The notes beneath the pieces were generated by a model. The model ran no database searches and was not told the DNA's origin. It saw nothing but the letters and a program-made list of their open reading frames with translations. From Octopus sinensis (lineage: Eukaryota): a stretch of 64,000 bases of DNA. The stretch's first letter is position 1, and each line of letters starts with the position of its first letter. The position numbers were made by a program, and so were the translations under genes. This document shows, in pieces, positions 12,475-24,148 of the stretch. Location: positions 72,478,001 to 72,542,000 of the forward strand of contig NC_043001.1 of the NCBI RefSeq assembly GCF_006345805.1, written 5' to 3'.

Positions 12475-13704
12475 TACATACATACATACATACATACATA
12501 CATACATACATACATACATACATACATACATACATACATACATACATACTCCCTAAAGCATAGTCTCCTTGTAACAGTACCGATATCTATTAGATTCAGA
12601 AGATAAATTCCACATGAAGGTGATAGTAAACGTAGTGAGGATGATGATTATGGCGATGATGGACACTGCCTAGTCGAAAAAACAAATAATTACTGGAGCC
12701 CATATATTGTTGAGTGGCTAATATCCGGAATAAAAATACATACATACATACATACATGACAGATTCTCCAAATCCATTCTATTAGTGGTAGAGTGAAGAT
12801 TTGTAAGACATTCCAAAAATTCTCCATCTGAGATTCTCATGTAAGTAGATGCACACACTTAGGTGTATCCAACGACAGTTCAACCAACACACCAAATCAA
12901 CCATATATTTACGAACACCGAGAGCTCTCTTAACTGAGAATGTCTTGTCGCTTTGTTAACGACCGGCTTGAACTCTTTCAAGGAGTTGAATAAAACTCAA
13001 TGAAAAACCATACACACACACACTCACATACATACGCACATACACAAACATTCACACACACATACATGCGTGCGTGAGCGCGTGTGTTTAGACACGTGGA
13101 CTAATAAAAAGGGTATTGCTCTCGCGATTGCAAGACCATAGGTTCGACGTGCACTGTGTACCTGTACAAGCAATGCCGATTTGATGAAGGGCGTGGCCTA
13201 ATGTGCACCACTAACATTTGATCACTATAAACAAGTTATCTGTGTAGGTTGTTCAGCAAGATGCAGCGGAACCCTCTTCCGTCATTTGCAACGGGAGAAA
13301 TCACTACACACACACGCACACACACACACTCATACACACACGTATACATACACTCACATACATACACGCACACACTCACACACATACACATACATTCACA
13401 CTCATACAAATACATACACATACACACACACCATGTGTTTCATAATTTTATGTCGATTGCCTTTCATTATTTTATGTCGATTGAAAAAAAAGTAGCGATC
13501 CAGGTGGTAGATTGGTAGAAGTATAAGAATGTTTGACTGTATGCCTGTCAGTATTTCTTCCAACATTTAGCCCAAATTGGGTGGTACACTGAATCCCTTT
13601 CCTGCTTAACACCACCACCGGGCACGTTGGGTTCCTTTAGTGGATAGAGTTCACTCTGTTGCAAACACTCAGGGTAAATCTCTGGTCTGATGATACCTTC
13701 GCTA

Positions 13705-14045
13705 CCCTCTTTCTCTCCACTTCCTCCCCACTCCCACCATCCCCTTTTCCACTCCCACCGTCCCCTCTTCTCTCCCACTCCCTCTCCACTCTCCCCTCGC
13801 TTCTTCAATCCATCTCTCACTCCCTCTCTAATCCCTCCCTCCCCTTCGTCTCTCCTTTCCTTTCTTTCCCGCTCCCACTGCCCCTGCATCGTACTCCTTT
13901 TCCTCTCTCCTCTTTCCCCTCACTCCTCTTTCCCCTCACTCCTCTTTTCATTTTCCCATCTCTCTCATCCTATCTCCTCCCCTCTACTCTCCTCGTCCCC
14001 TCCCCTTTCCCTTCTTCTCTCACTCCATACCCTCCCCTACCTCCC
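13705..14045. repeat. Polypyrimidine (C/T) low-complexity tract
   Basis: ~340 bp of nearly pure C/T. Confidence 0.9.
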
Positions 14046-14133
14046 AGTCTTGAAGGCCTTGTGAAAGGTCATGGACACTGCCTTCCTTCCTGATTTAAAG
14101 ATCATTAAAAATAAAAATACTAATTATAATTTT

Positions 14134-14519
14134 ATCTAATTTCGGCGCAAGGTCAGCAAGTTTAACGGGGTGACGTGAGGGTGGGTGCCTAGTCGGTTAC
14201 ATCGACCCAATATTTAACTGGTACTTTATTTTATCGACATCCCCACCCACAAAGTGAAAGATAAAGTTAACCTCCGTGAAATTTCAACTCAGAACTAAAT
14301 AACCGGATGAAATGGTGTTAAGCATGTTGTCCGATGCGCAAAGAATTCTGCCAGCACGCATCTGAGCATAACAACTATTCCTATAATAAGCACAAAACTT
14401 GAAGTTTGGGGGATAGGGTCTAGTCGGTTACATCGACCTAAATGCTCAACAGGTACTTAATTTATCGACTCTGAAAGGATGAATAGATAAGTCGACCTCG
14501 GCGGGATTTGAACTCAGAA
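14134..14519 (-). mobile_element. Two diverged SINE family A copies
   Basis: GGTACTT..TTATCGAC..GAAAG..GTCGACCTCGGCGG..TTTGAACTCAG pattern occurs twice. Confidence 0.75.
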
Positions 14520-14626
14520 GTTCGTCCTCACATTGTAATTTTCAGCAGTTTAGTTGGAGGAGCAAACCAACAAGTTTCACAGATAGATTAAATATATGTT
14601 TATTAAACATATGTCACATATGGTTC

Positions 14627-15124
14627 AAGGCGGGGAGTTGGCAGAAGCGTTACCACGTCGGGCAAGATGTTTAGTAGCGTTTTGTCCGTCTTAACGTTCT
14701 GAGTTCAAATTCCACTGAGGTCGACTGTCTTTCAGCCTTTCGGGATCGATAAATTAAATACCAGATGAGCACTGGGGTCGATGCAATCGACTTACCTCTT
14801 TTCTGTGAAACTGCTGGCCTTGTGCCAAATTTTGAAATCATCCGCTGGGCGAAATGCTTAGCAATATTCCCTCTGCTGCTACGATCTGAGTTCAAATTCC
14901 GCCGAGGTCGACTTTGCCTTTCATCCTTTCGGGGTCGATAAATTAAGTACCAGTTACGCACTGGGGTCGATGTAATCGACTTAATACCTATGTCTGTCCT
15001 TGTTTGTCCCCTCTATGTTTAGCCCCTTGTGGGTAATAAAGAAATAGGTATTTCGTCTGCCGCTACGTTCTGAGTTCAAATTCCGCCGAGGTCGACTTTA
15101 CCGTGTGCCTATAGTAGAAAGGAT
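14627..15124 (+). mobile_element. Tandem SINE family A copies, including one Tx1-like-tail variant
   Basis: Copy 14627-14840; copy ~14842-15046 ends TGTCCTTGTTTGTCCCCTCTATGTTTAGCCCCTTGTGGGTAATAAAGAAATA and joins GGTATTTCGTCTGCC of a further body. Confidence 0.9.
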
Positions 15125-15153
15125 TATTATTATTATCATCATCATCATCATCA

Positions 15154-15206
<53 letters not shown>

Positions 15207-15243
15207 GTTGTTGTTGTTGTTGTTGTTGTTATTATTATTATAT

Positions 15244-15458
15244 AAGGTGACAAGGTGGCAGAATTGTTAGCACTCCGGGCATAATGCTTGGCGGCATTTC
15301 ATCCGTCGTTACGTTCTGAGTTCAAATGCTGAAAAAGTCGTGTTTGCTTTTAATCCTTTCGGGGTAAATAAAATAAGTACCTGTTGAACACTGGGATCAA
15401 TCTAATCGACTTAGCCCCTCTCCAGAAATTGCCGACCTTGTATCAAAATCTGAAACCA
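15244..15458 (+). mobile_element. SINE family A
   Basis: Full-length diverged copy after an (ATT)/(GTT)n tract. Confidence 0.85.
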
Positions 15459-16249
15459 TTATTATTATTTCTAGCAAATCTACACAGCTACCATGGTGGC
15501 ATAAAATAAGGGTAGGAAATCATAACAACAGTATGTATTGAGAAATGTGTAAAAGCACTTGATAGATTACTAGTCGATGTCTTAGAGAAATCGCATTATT
15601 GTTGGTGATACGGCTTTCTATCGCAGATATATGAGATGTGTTTGCGACTAAGTGACGTGTGATGACGATTCACCCCTGAACTGAAATAGGCTCCCAGCCT
15701 CTGTATCATGAATGGTTATGTGAGCCATTCCTAACGAAAGCCAGACCTTCTTTCGACCACTACATAAAAAGTATTAAGAAAAGAATGTTATTTAGATATA
15801 CTTTTATTTTAGTTGTTTACACAATTTAAAGCTTGTTTATACTCTTATACAGTCAAAGTTCACAAATTTCCTTATTTAAATTATGAATCATATTCCTTTC
15901 GATAATATCAATATGATTACAAAACTTCTTTGTAGACGATATTTTCTGTTTGGCTGACACTAAGTTTCAAATTACTGGAGTCCGTTGCTCTACTCATTGC
16001 GACGTATAACTGGCCGTGTGTAAACATCGGAGTGGGTAAAAATACACCTACACGATTTAAAGTCTGGCCCTATATCTTGTTTGTTGTGAATGCGCGAGCG
16101 GAATCTTTAGGAATCTGCACATCTACGATGGAAAATAAAGGGATAGTATCGCAAATGTAAACCCTCTAAATTCACGAATAATACGGGGAGGAAATCCAGA
16201 GTTAATTCTCGTCGCCGGAATTTTAACAAAAAAAAAAAATACAAAAGAT

Positions 16250-16637
16250 CAATATCCACTAAATAATCATACATTTTCATATTTTTTCCTGATTACCTCC
16301 TTCGTAATCCCGAAAAACATCATGACCATTGGTCTAGCCGTTTGACTGTGAAAAGAGAACAGACAGACAGACGGACATAACGCCCATTATTAGTAAGAAG
16401 TTGACTTCGCTTTGCTTCTTTTATTAGCTATCTCCCCCTTAATTTTTATTTCCTTTTTTTTAAAGCCCGTAAAATGAACAATTACCCTCAATATCCACTA
16501 AATAATCATACTTTTTCACATTTTTTTCGTTAAAAACCTTCCTGACTACCTCTTTCGTAACCCCGAAAAAAAAAATCGTGACCAGTCATTTGACCATGCA
16601 AAAAGGAACAGACATACAGACATAACGCCCATTATAG

Positions 16638-16640
<3 letters not shown>
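16250..16640. mobile_element. Two tandem ends of a Helitron/HINE-like non-autonomous repeat
   Basis: AATATCCACTAAATAATCATAC...GAACAGACAGACAGAC..CATAACGCCCATTAT at ~16251-16390 and ~16490-16635; the AGCCGTTTGA..(ACAG)n layout resembles Lep1/HINE-type ends. Confidence 0.5.
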
Positions 16641-16705
<65 letters not shown>

Positions 16706-16719
16706 CATCATCATCATCA

Positions 16720-16780
<61 letters not shown>

Positions 16781-16796
16781 CTATGACGAATATTAC

Positions 16797-17225
16797 ACGG
16801 AGAGGATGGATGAGGAGCGGATGGTAAGGAGATGGATGAAGGTAGAAGTGGTAGGCAGCAGAAACAGAGGCAGACCTCGGTTTGTGTGGATGGATGGAGT
16901 GAGGAAAGCTTTGGTGTTTAGAGGTGTTGGAGTGAGAGAGGCACGAGAGTTTGTAAATGATAGAAAAGCTTGGAGAATATTTGTGGACGGATGAGTGAAT
17001 TTGATGTTGCTCAAAGGGGTACGGAACCAGCATGATGCGGCGGAAGTAAACCAGCATATACTGTCGAGCTACGCTGCTGATATTGGGGGTTCTATGCCTT
17101 GACCCGATTACAGAACGGGGCTCGCCTCTTTGAGCTGGGAATTGAATGGAATACCTTGATGTTTGTCTTGTGGCTACTCACTCCTAAAAGTTTGGGGAAT
17201 AGACCTGGGTATATATATAAAAAAA
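16797..17225 (+). mobile_element. RTE-clade LINE 3' end
   Basis: ERMDEERMVRR..VVGSRNRGRPRFVWMDGVRKAL..DRKAWR* is the typical RTE ORF C-terminus, followed by a 3' UTR. Confidence 0.85.
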
Positions 17226-17512
17226 TACAGTATTTGATAGATCCTCCGTCAGTTATAACTGATGAGTGTCGTAGTCTTTGGATTAACTGAACGCACCTAC
17301 TCGTCAAAATAGCGTGAACGTGGTTGAGTATTCCACAAACACTTTTTCCATTTAATCCAGTTTTCAATTAGAATCAATGTGACAAGGTTGGATATGTTTT
17401 TGGAATTACCAGAACAATCAATGTCCGACGAGCTTCCACACAATTTCTGTCGGTCCATTTTCGTTCACAAAAAGCTTATGGTTATAAAAGGATAATTGTA
17501 CAAGATGATACA

Positions 17513-17513
17513 G

Positions 17514-17559
<46 letters not shown>

Positions 17560-17622
17560 TACGACGATATCGACAATGACGCACGATGGTGATACTGCTG
17601 CAGATGCTGCTGTTGATGGTGA

Positions 17623-17656
<34 letters not shown>

Positions 17657-17750
17657 GGTGATGATAATGATGATAATGATGACGAAGATGATGATGACAG
17701 TGATGACGATGATGGTGATGATAATGAACATGATGACGTTGATGATCATG
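17513..17750. repeat. (GAT)/(GGT)n compound microsatellite
   Basis: Direct reading; source of spurious poly-M/D/H ORFs. Confidence 0.95.
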
Positions 17751-17886
17751 AAGAGAAACAAATAAAAAAATCAAGTGATTTAGAGAAAGAATTACACACA
17801 TACACACATACTCACACATTTGTATGTTTATACATATACATATATGTTTGTGCATATATATATATTTATACACACATATATGTTAA

Positions 17887-17939
<53 letters not shown>

Positions 17940-17958
17940 ACATAGATACGCACACACA

Positions 17959-17989
<31 letters not shown>

Positions 17990-18063
17990 CGTATATATGT
18001 ATAAATACACATTGAAACATACACAGAGAATGGGCGAGGGAAAGACAAAAAGATGGCAAGAGG

Positions 18064-18111
<48 letters not shown>

Positions 18112-18502
18112 TGCGTGTGTATGTGTGTGTGTATGTGTGTGTGTGTGTTATGCTGTGTGTGAGGTGAGAGAAGAGAAAAAGGTATGTATGGTCCAGTAAG
18201 CATTAAATATTGAAATGACATGAAACAAGGGACGCGAAGAGAATTGGAGGAAAAAATACAGGAAAAGGGGGAAAAAAGAATGATATAGAAGTAAAGATTG
18301 CAAAAATACAAAGGGAGATAGATAAGTAGATAGATAGATAGATAGACAGACAGATAGATAAAGATAGAGAGAATGAAAGATTCAGAAAGAGGAAGGGAGA
18401 GGCAGGCAGAGAGTAATGGTTCGACTGTAGAAATTTAAATGAAAAAATTATTTAAAACTGCAGGTATGAAAGTATGAACCTATTCATTTGAAATATTCAT
18501 GA

Positions 18503-18539
18503 CGGAAGCAGAGAAGTTGCTATGGTAACCATTGCGTCA
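18503..18539. promoter_or_regulatory. Candidate RFX X-box with adjacent ETS core and ATF/CEBP-type site
   Basis: GTTGCTATGGTAAC (18516-18529) is a near-consensus X-box; CGGAAG at 18503; TTGCGTCA at 18532-18539; lies in a small non-repetitive island. Motif match only. Confidence 0.4.
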
Positions 18540-18739
18540 GACGCCCGTTCTGAGACCAGCATAACGAAAGTGTCGCTGAAATTTGTATCACTCTCTCTCT
18601 CATTCTCTCCACTCTCTCTCCACGCGCGCACGCACGCACACATACATGGATACGCGCAAATTAATGCTAGGGTTGTTATTAAGTGATAGCAATAATGTAC
18701 TAGTAGTGTCATATGTGTATGTGTTTATATATAGGTACA

Positions 18740-18932
18740 CGCGTGGCTGTGTGGCATGGAGCTTGCTTCCCAACCACATGGTTCCAGGTTCAGTACCTCT
18801 GCGTGACACCTTCGGCAAGTGTCTTTCACTATAGCCTTCTACTATAGCGTTTAGCGGACCAAGCATTGTGAGTGGCTTTGATAGATGGAAACTGAAAGAA
18901 GCCCGTCGTGTATATGTATGTATGTATGTATG

Positions 18933-18966
<34 letters not shown>

Positions 18967-18984
18967 TGTATGTATGTATGTATG

Positions 18985-19063
<79 letters not shown>

Positions 19064-19272
19064 GTGTGTTTTTGTGTCTCCCATCAACGCTTGACAACGG
19101 GTGTTGGGGTGTTTATGTCCCCGTAACTTAGCAGTTTGACAAAAGAAATCAATAAAATAAGTACCAGGCTTTAAAAACGTACAGTGGTTGATTCATTCGA
19201 CAACAAATTCTTCAAGGCAGTGCCCCAGCATGGCCACATTCTCATGACTGAAACAATTAAAACATAAAAGAT
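18740..19272 (+). mobile_element. SINE family B
   Basis: Head, CORE-like box, expanded (TATG)n(TATC)n, family tail. Confidence 0.9.
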
Positions 19273-19481
19273 GTACATACACGTACAAGGCTAGCTAGAT
19301 AGATAGAGAGGGAGAGAGAGAAGAGAGAGGGAGGGAGAGGGAGAGGGAGAGAGAGGGAGAGAGAGGGAGAGAGAGGGAGAGAGAGAGATAGTAGGGTTGA
19401 CTGTGACTTGAAGTTGTATCTATTGAGCTTATTTAAAGAAGCTTCAAGAGGCGACCTGAAGCTACAATCAACCCTGGTTTA

Positions 19482-19512
<31 letters not shown>

Positions 19513-19617
19513 GTGTGTTTGCTTGTGTGTGTGTATGTGTGTATGTGTACGCATTATATACACACATACAAACGTACATACATGCATATATGCATGCATA
19601 CATACATACATACATGA

Positions 19618-19900
19618 CCGTGGTCGGCTTCGCCTTTCATCCTTTCGGGGTCATTGAAATAAATACAGTCAATCAGTGGGGTCAATGTAATCCACTAAAC
19701 CCTTCGCCTAAAATCTTGTGTCAAAATAAGAATGGAAAACGTTGAAGTGGCAAAATCGTTAACACGTCGGACAAAATGCTCACCGTCCGTCTTTATGTTC
19801 TATATTCAAATTCCACCGAGGTCGACTTTGCCTGTCATCCCTTCCAGAGCGATGAAATAAGTACCTGTTAAGCACTACGGCTAATATAATCGATAAGCCC
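19618..19900 (+). mobile_element. Two partial SINE family A copies
   Basis: GCCTTTCATCCTTTCGGGGTC and TTCAAATTCCACCGAGGTCGACTTTGCC. Confidence 0.75.
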
Positions 19901-19924
19901 CATCCACACGACTAGCCCCCGCCT

Positions 19925-22105
19925 CCACACGTCATACTCAGCTTATTGCTGGAAGTGCCATTAATGTACCAGGTGTTCACTTCCTATGAACTAAGTCGGT
20001 ACATTCTTTTCAAGTTAGGAGAACTTTGCGGAGACTCCTCGTCAAGTAATCCTGTTTTCTCTTGTGCTCTATTTTTGTTTTTATTCTTATTTTCCAACTA
20101 ATTGTTGTTTTTATTTACTCACTGTACCTAGGCACTAACAATTATTAGAATAATGTTCACTTTTTTCATTGACTACATCTTTTTGATTTCTCCCTTCAGA
20201 TTTTCATGTTGCGTTAGTTTTTCTCCTCTTTCTGCTGTCCGTAGGCCAAGTGATCTCTATGGTCATACATTTGTATTCTGCATTTATCAGATTCTGCTGA
20301 TTTGTCAAGTTTTTACTAGATGTAGTTTGTTCTCAATGCTTGTTTCTGTGCTGCACTTATCAAGACCTCTCTTTTGGGTTCCAGATCATTTCTTGTAACC
20401 ACAAACAGAATTTATTCGGGCCTGTGTCTTTGTATCTCTCACAAGAACTGACCGAGCACCCTCTTATCGTTTCCTCTTCATTTTTGTCTTTATTCTTTAA
20501 TTCATCTTGTCCAGAATGCTTCCCGTATGTAATAGATCAGCCTTTCTTACTTGTACAAGTATGTTTCCATTGCATTCTTTATATACCAAGCGACATTGTT
20601 TTCTTCAACTGAATACAATCCTCGCAACTTATCAATCTCCGAACTCCTTTTCTTTCTTGTAAGGTGTAGTCTGTCAAGATCACGTTTCGGGTGGAACGCA
20701 CCGTGTATTATCAGTAGTTTCCGTATTTCCTTGTCTAAGGAATACAGTTCCTCAGTTCACCATAGCACCACTCCCCCTCTACGTCTCAAGAGAACAATTG
20801 CCCATGAATTTTTGTTTGGAAGTTATTCAACCTATTCACTTTCATTTTAATAAACACTCTCATCCTTCAGTAATATTCCTGAGAGAATATCTTCATTATT
20901 TGGCATTCCATCAATTTGCCTCACTTCCTGTATCCCTCCTTGTTTATTCTCTTCGTTATCTCTCCCGTGGGCAACTCCACACCATCTAGTTTACCGCTTT
21001 TTAGAATCACTCCACGCTTTTCCAGTTCAAATTCTATTATAATATCCGCACTAAAGCAATGCACTGTTTGAATCAGTGAATTCAGCAGGTTTTCATATTT
21101 TTTATAGTCTCATGCCAACTATAAAAAGAAGATTGATCTTATTTTTTCTTTCTTTGAACTCACACTTAGCTTTCGTATTTCTCAAAATGAAAGTGGAAAG
21201 TATACACAATACAAAAGGCAATGATAATAAGCTATCTCCTTGGAAGATTTCATGTTTGTTGCTGACAAAGCTTGAACCTTTCCTCCACCATGCGAGTTCA
21301 GCGCTCCAATCATTCGTACTTCGATTCAATATTGTGCGCAGTTCCAAATATTTTTAAGCAGTTCAGAATCTGCGAATAAGGTATCATATCATAAGCTTTC
21401 CGTTAGTCATTCCACGTCATTCCTAAGTGTGTTTTTCACTTTTTACTGTCTCTCAGCATTGTTTTCTCTGTCAATAGTTGATCTTTGGTTTCTCTACACC
21501 CATGTTTGCACCCTTTTTTGCTCTTCTGGTAAGATGTTATTCTAGTCCATCAACACATACATTTCATCTGCCAGTATTCCAGTTAACAGCTTCCGCATGA
21601 TGGGCAGACAAGATATTGGCTTGAAGCTGCCAATAGCCTTTTCCCCTCGATGCTACTACCTGGCACAGTATCGGTCTGTCTCTGGTGAGAACATGATTTC
21701 TGTGTGGTTTTCAAGTAATGTACGTAATTATTCCGCTATCCTTTTGTGGAACTCCATAAATTTCTGCTGGGTCTGCTGCTTTCCAGATGCTTATCGTTCT
21801 ATTTACTCATTGACTACCCTCCTAGCTTACCTTAATGTCTCCTTGCTGAAGATTTATATTGGTTTCACTCATGTTACTTAGTCACCCTGCGTTACTGTTG
21901 TGCATTTCTTCTTTCCCCCACATAGACTGTCCAAGAATCTTCGAATTTCTTCCTCATTTGAGGTGTATGTATCTTTGTTTGTTTCTCCATTTATTTCCTA
22001 ATAAAATCTTTTTTGGCCAATTTTGAAAAGTCTGTTTTGTCTATTGTTTGATTCTCTGATCATATCGAGTGACATTTGTTTTCTTGGCTTGCACATGCTT
22101 CTTTT
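19925..22105 (-). mobile_element. Decayed R4/Dong-type (RLE) non-LTR retrotransposon
   Basis: Minus-strand RT motifs LPEEQKG..TKDQLL, W.D.RKAYDMIP, IFQGDSL.SL.FVLC, KINLLF, and AFHPKRDLDRL.L.RK.G; many stops and frameshifts. Confidence 0.85.
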
Positions 22106-22272
22106 TAGCTAGCAAACTTCCAAAATAAAGATGTATGTTTCTAACGTTGATGAGAATATATATATATATATGTATGTATGTATGTATTATGTATGTATGT
22201 ATGTATGTATGTATGTATGTATGTATGTATGTATGTATGTATGTATGTATGTATGTATGCATGTATGCGTGC

Positions 22273-22339
<67 letters not shown>

Positions 22340-22759
22340 GTATGTATATGTGTATATATGTATGTATCTGTGTATATTTATGCATGTGTGTGTCTAACGT
22401 TGATAAGACAAAAATTTAAATATTTATAAAAGATATGCAGTAACCAGCCTCAGAATAACTGTATCTAAAGCATTAGACAAAGCTGCGACGACAAAACCCA
22501 GTAAAATAGAAAAACGACGTCAGCATATTTTAACTCATATTATTGTTTCTACGGGGAGACAGAACGGGGGAGAGAGCTAACAAGCTTTTTACATTGGTGA
22601 GAGAAAACATTTTCGAATGTTGTAAGTTGTTTCGAAATAACTATTTAAAATAAAAACGTTAGGACGACGGGAGCAAGCAAGCAAGCAGGCCTCCAAGGTC
22701 GATGTGACAAAGAAAAAAAAAAACAGAACCCCCCCCCCCCCCCGAAAACATGGTATCTA

Positions 22760-22955
22760 TTACCATACCCCTGCAGTGCACTGATGACACTACAATGAAA
22801 GTATTCCAGCTGCCTTCCCAATGTTGTCCAATCAGCTGTTGCTTATTGTCCATCCATTGCATTATTTGCCTGCATCTTAACGAACTGTCCTCAATTCTTC
22901 CTTCCGTGATGATGTTTTCCCAAACTTCTACTTCGAATATCGCTATAACAGGTGA
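22760..22955 (-). mobile_element. RTE/BovB-like LINE 3' fragment
   Basis: ENIITEGRIEDSSLRCRQIMQWMDN resembles the EG.IEG.R.RGRQR..W.DN C-terminal motif. Confidence 0.55.
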
Positions 22956-23007
22956 GCTTTTGCATTTTCACATTATAGCAATTATTATTATTGTTATTGC
23001 TATTATT

Positions 23008-23226
23008 AAGGCGGCGAGCTGGCAGAATCGTTAGCATGCCGGGCGAAATGCTTAGCGGTATTTCGTCTGCCGCTACGTTCTGAGTTCAAATTCCGCCGAG
23101 GTCGACTTTGTGTTTCATCCTTTCGGGGTCGATAAATTAAGTACCAGTCGAGTAGTGGGGTCGATGTAATCGACCAGTCCCCCCTCCCAAAAAAAACATT
23201 TCAGGCTTGTGCCTCTAGTAGCAAGG

Positions 23227-23227
<1 letters not shown>
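23008..23227 (+). mobile_element. SINE family A, best-preserved copy, (ATT)n-tailed variant
   Basis: Complete tRNA-like head, central domain, tail ..CAGGCTTGTGCCTCTAGTAGCAAGG(ATT)n. Confidence 0.95.
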
Positions 23228-23259
<32 letters not shown>

Positions 23260-23295
23260 GAGTATAGGTATATTATTATTATTATTATTATTGAG

Positions 23296-24082
23296 TATAG
23301 GTGGTAGAGGCCTTATACAGCTGGAAAACTACTATAAAATAACCACTATAGGACTGCAAAAATATCTACTTCAGAAGGAAGGAAAACTGATACAAATAGC
23401 GGCAAAACACGAGCAAGATAAAAAACTGTTCTCAGTATTTAAGGAAGCTGACAAATACAAACAAGAAATTATACCACCTAATAAATATGAAGAACAAGAA
23501 GAAGAAGATGAAAAAACAACAAAAGCTATAAAACAAATGAAATCCAAACTAAAAATAGAACAGCAACGAACCATGATAAAACGATGGCAAGAAAGGCCCC
23601 TTCATGGTAAATACTGGACTAAACTAAACGCAAAAGAAATAGACAAAGAAAAATCCCAGCAATGGTTGAGAAGCTCAGGACTCAAAGCAGAGACAGAAGG
23701 ATTTTTAATTGCAGCACAAGACCAAAGCCTCCCCACCAGAAATTACCAAAGAAATATAACAAGTAACTGCAGAATATGTGGAGATGGACAAGAAACAATA
23801 AATCATATTATCTCTGGCTACCCAGTCCTGGCTAAGAAGGAATATATTCACAGACATGACAGAGTTGGAACCTACGTACACTGGAAGCTATGCCAACACT
23901 ATGGAATAACAACGGAAAAAAGATGGTATAGGCACACACCAGAAAAGGCACTGCACACATCCTACGCAGAACACTTTCCATACAATAACCATCAGAGCAT
24001 CACAACAAATCACAGCACATACCCAAGGCACGCAGAGCTGCGCTCGGTAGTGAAGTGAAAGCACGCTATAAAAATAAAACTA

Positions 24083-24148
<66 letters not shown>
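23296..24148 (+). mobile_element. R4/Dong-type LINE 3' fragment, endonuclease region deleted, (AAT)n tail
   Basis: GGRGL..PLHGKYW..LKAETEGFLIAAQDQSL..CRICG..ETINHIISG..YIHRHDRV..WYRHTPEK, then jumps to the ORF end/3' UTR and (AAT)n. Confidence 0.9.

Noticed and set aside
12763-12846. AG...CAT|GTAAGT exon-like segment
   Set aside because: Stops in all three frames and no polypyrimidine tract.
17418-18311. Long ORFs of poly-H/D/M/YI/CV here and at many other sites (e.g. 25645-26102, 35361-35923, 46618-47430, 53706-54492)
   Set aside because: Translations of microsatellites, not genes.
22780-22805. CTGATGA..GAAA hammerhead-like words (also 41222, 26232, 58575)
   Set aside because: No compatible stems I/II/III or missing GAAA; chance matches.
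23258-24058. 266-aa ORF as a host gene
   Set aside because: It is an R4/Dong C-terminal fragment whose start comes from an (ATT)n tract.
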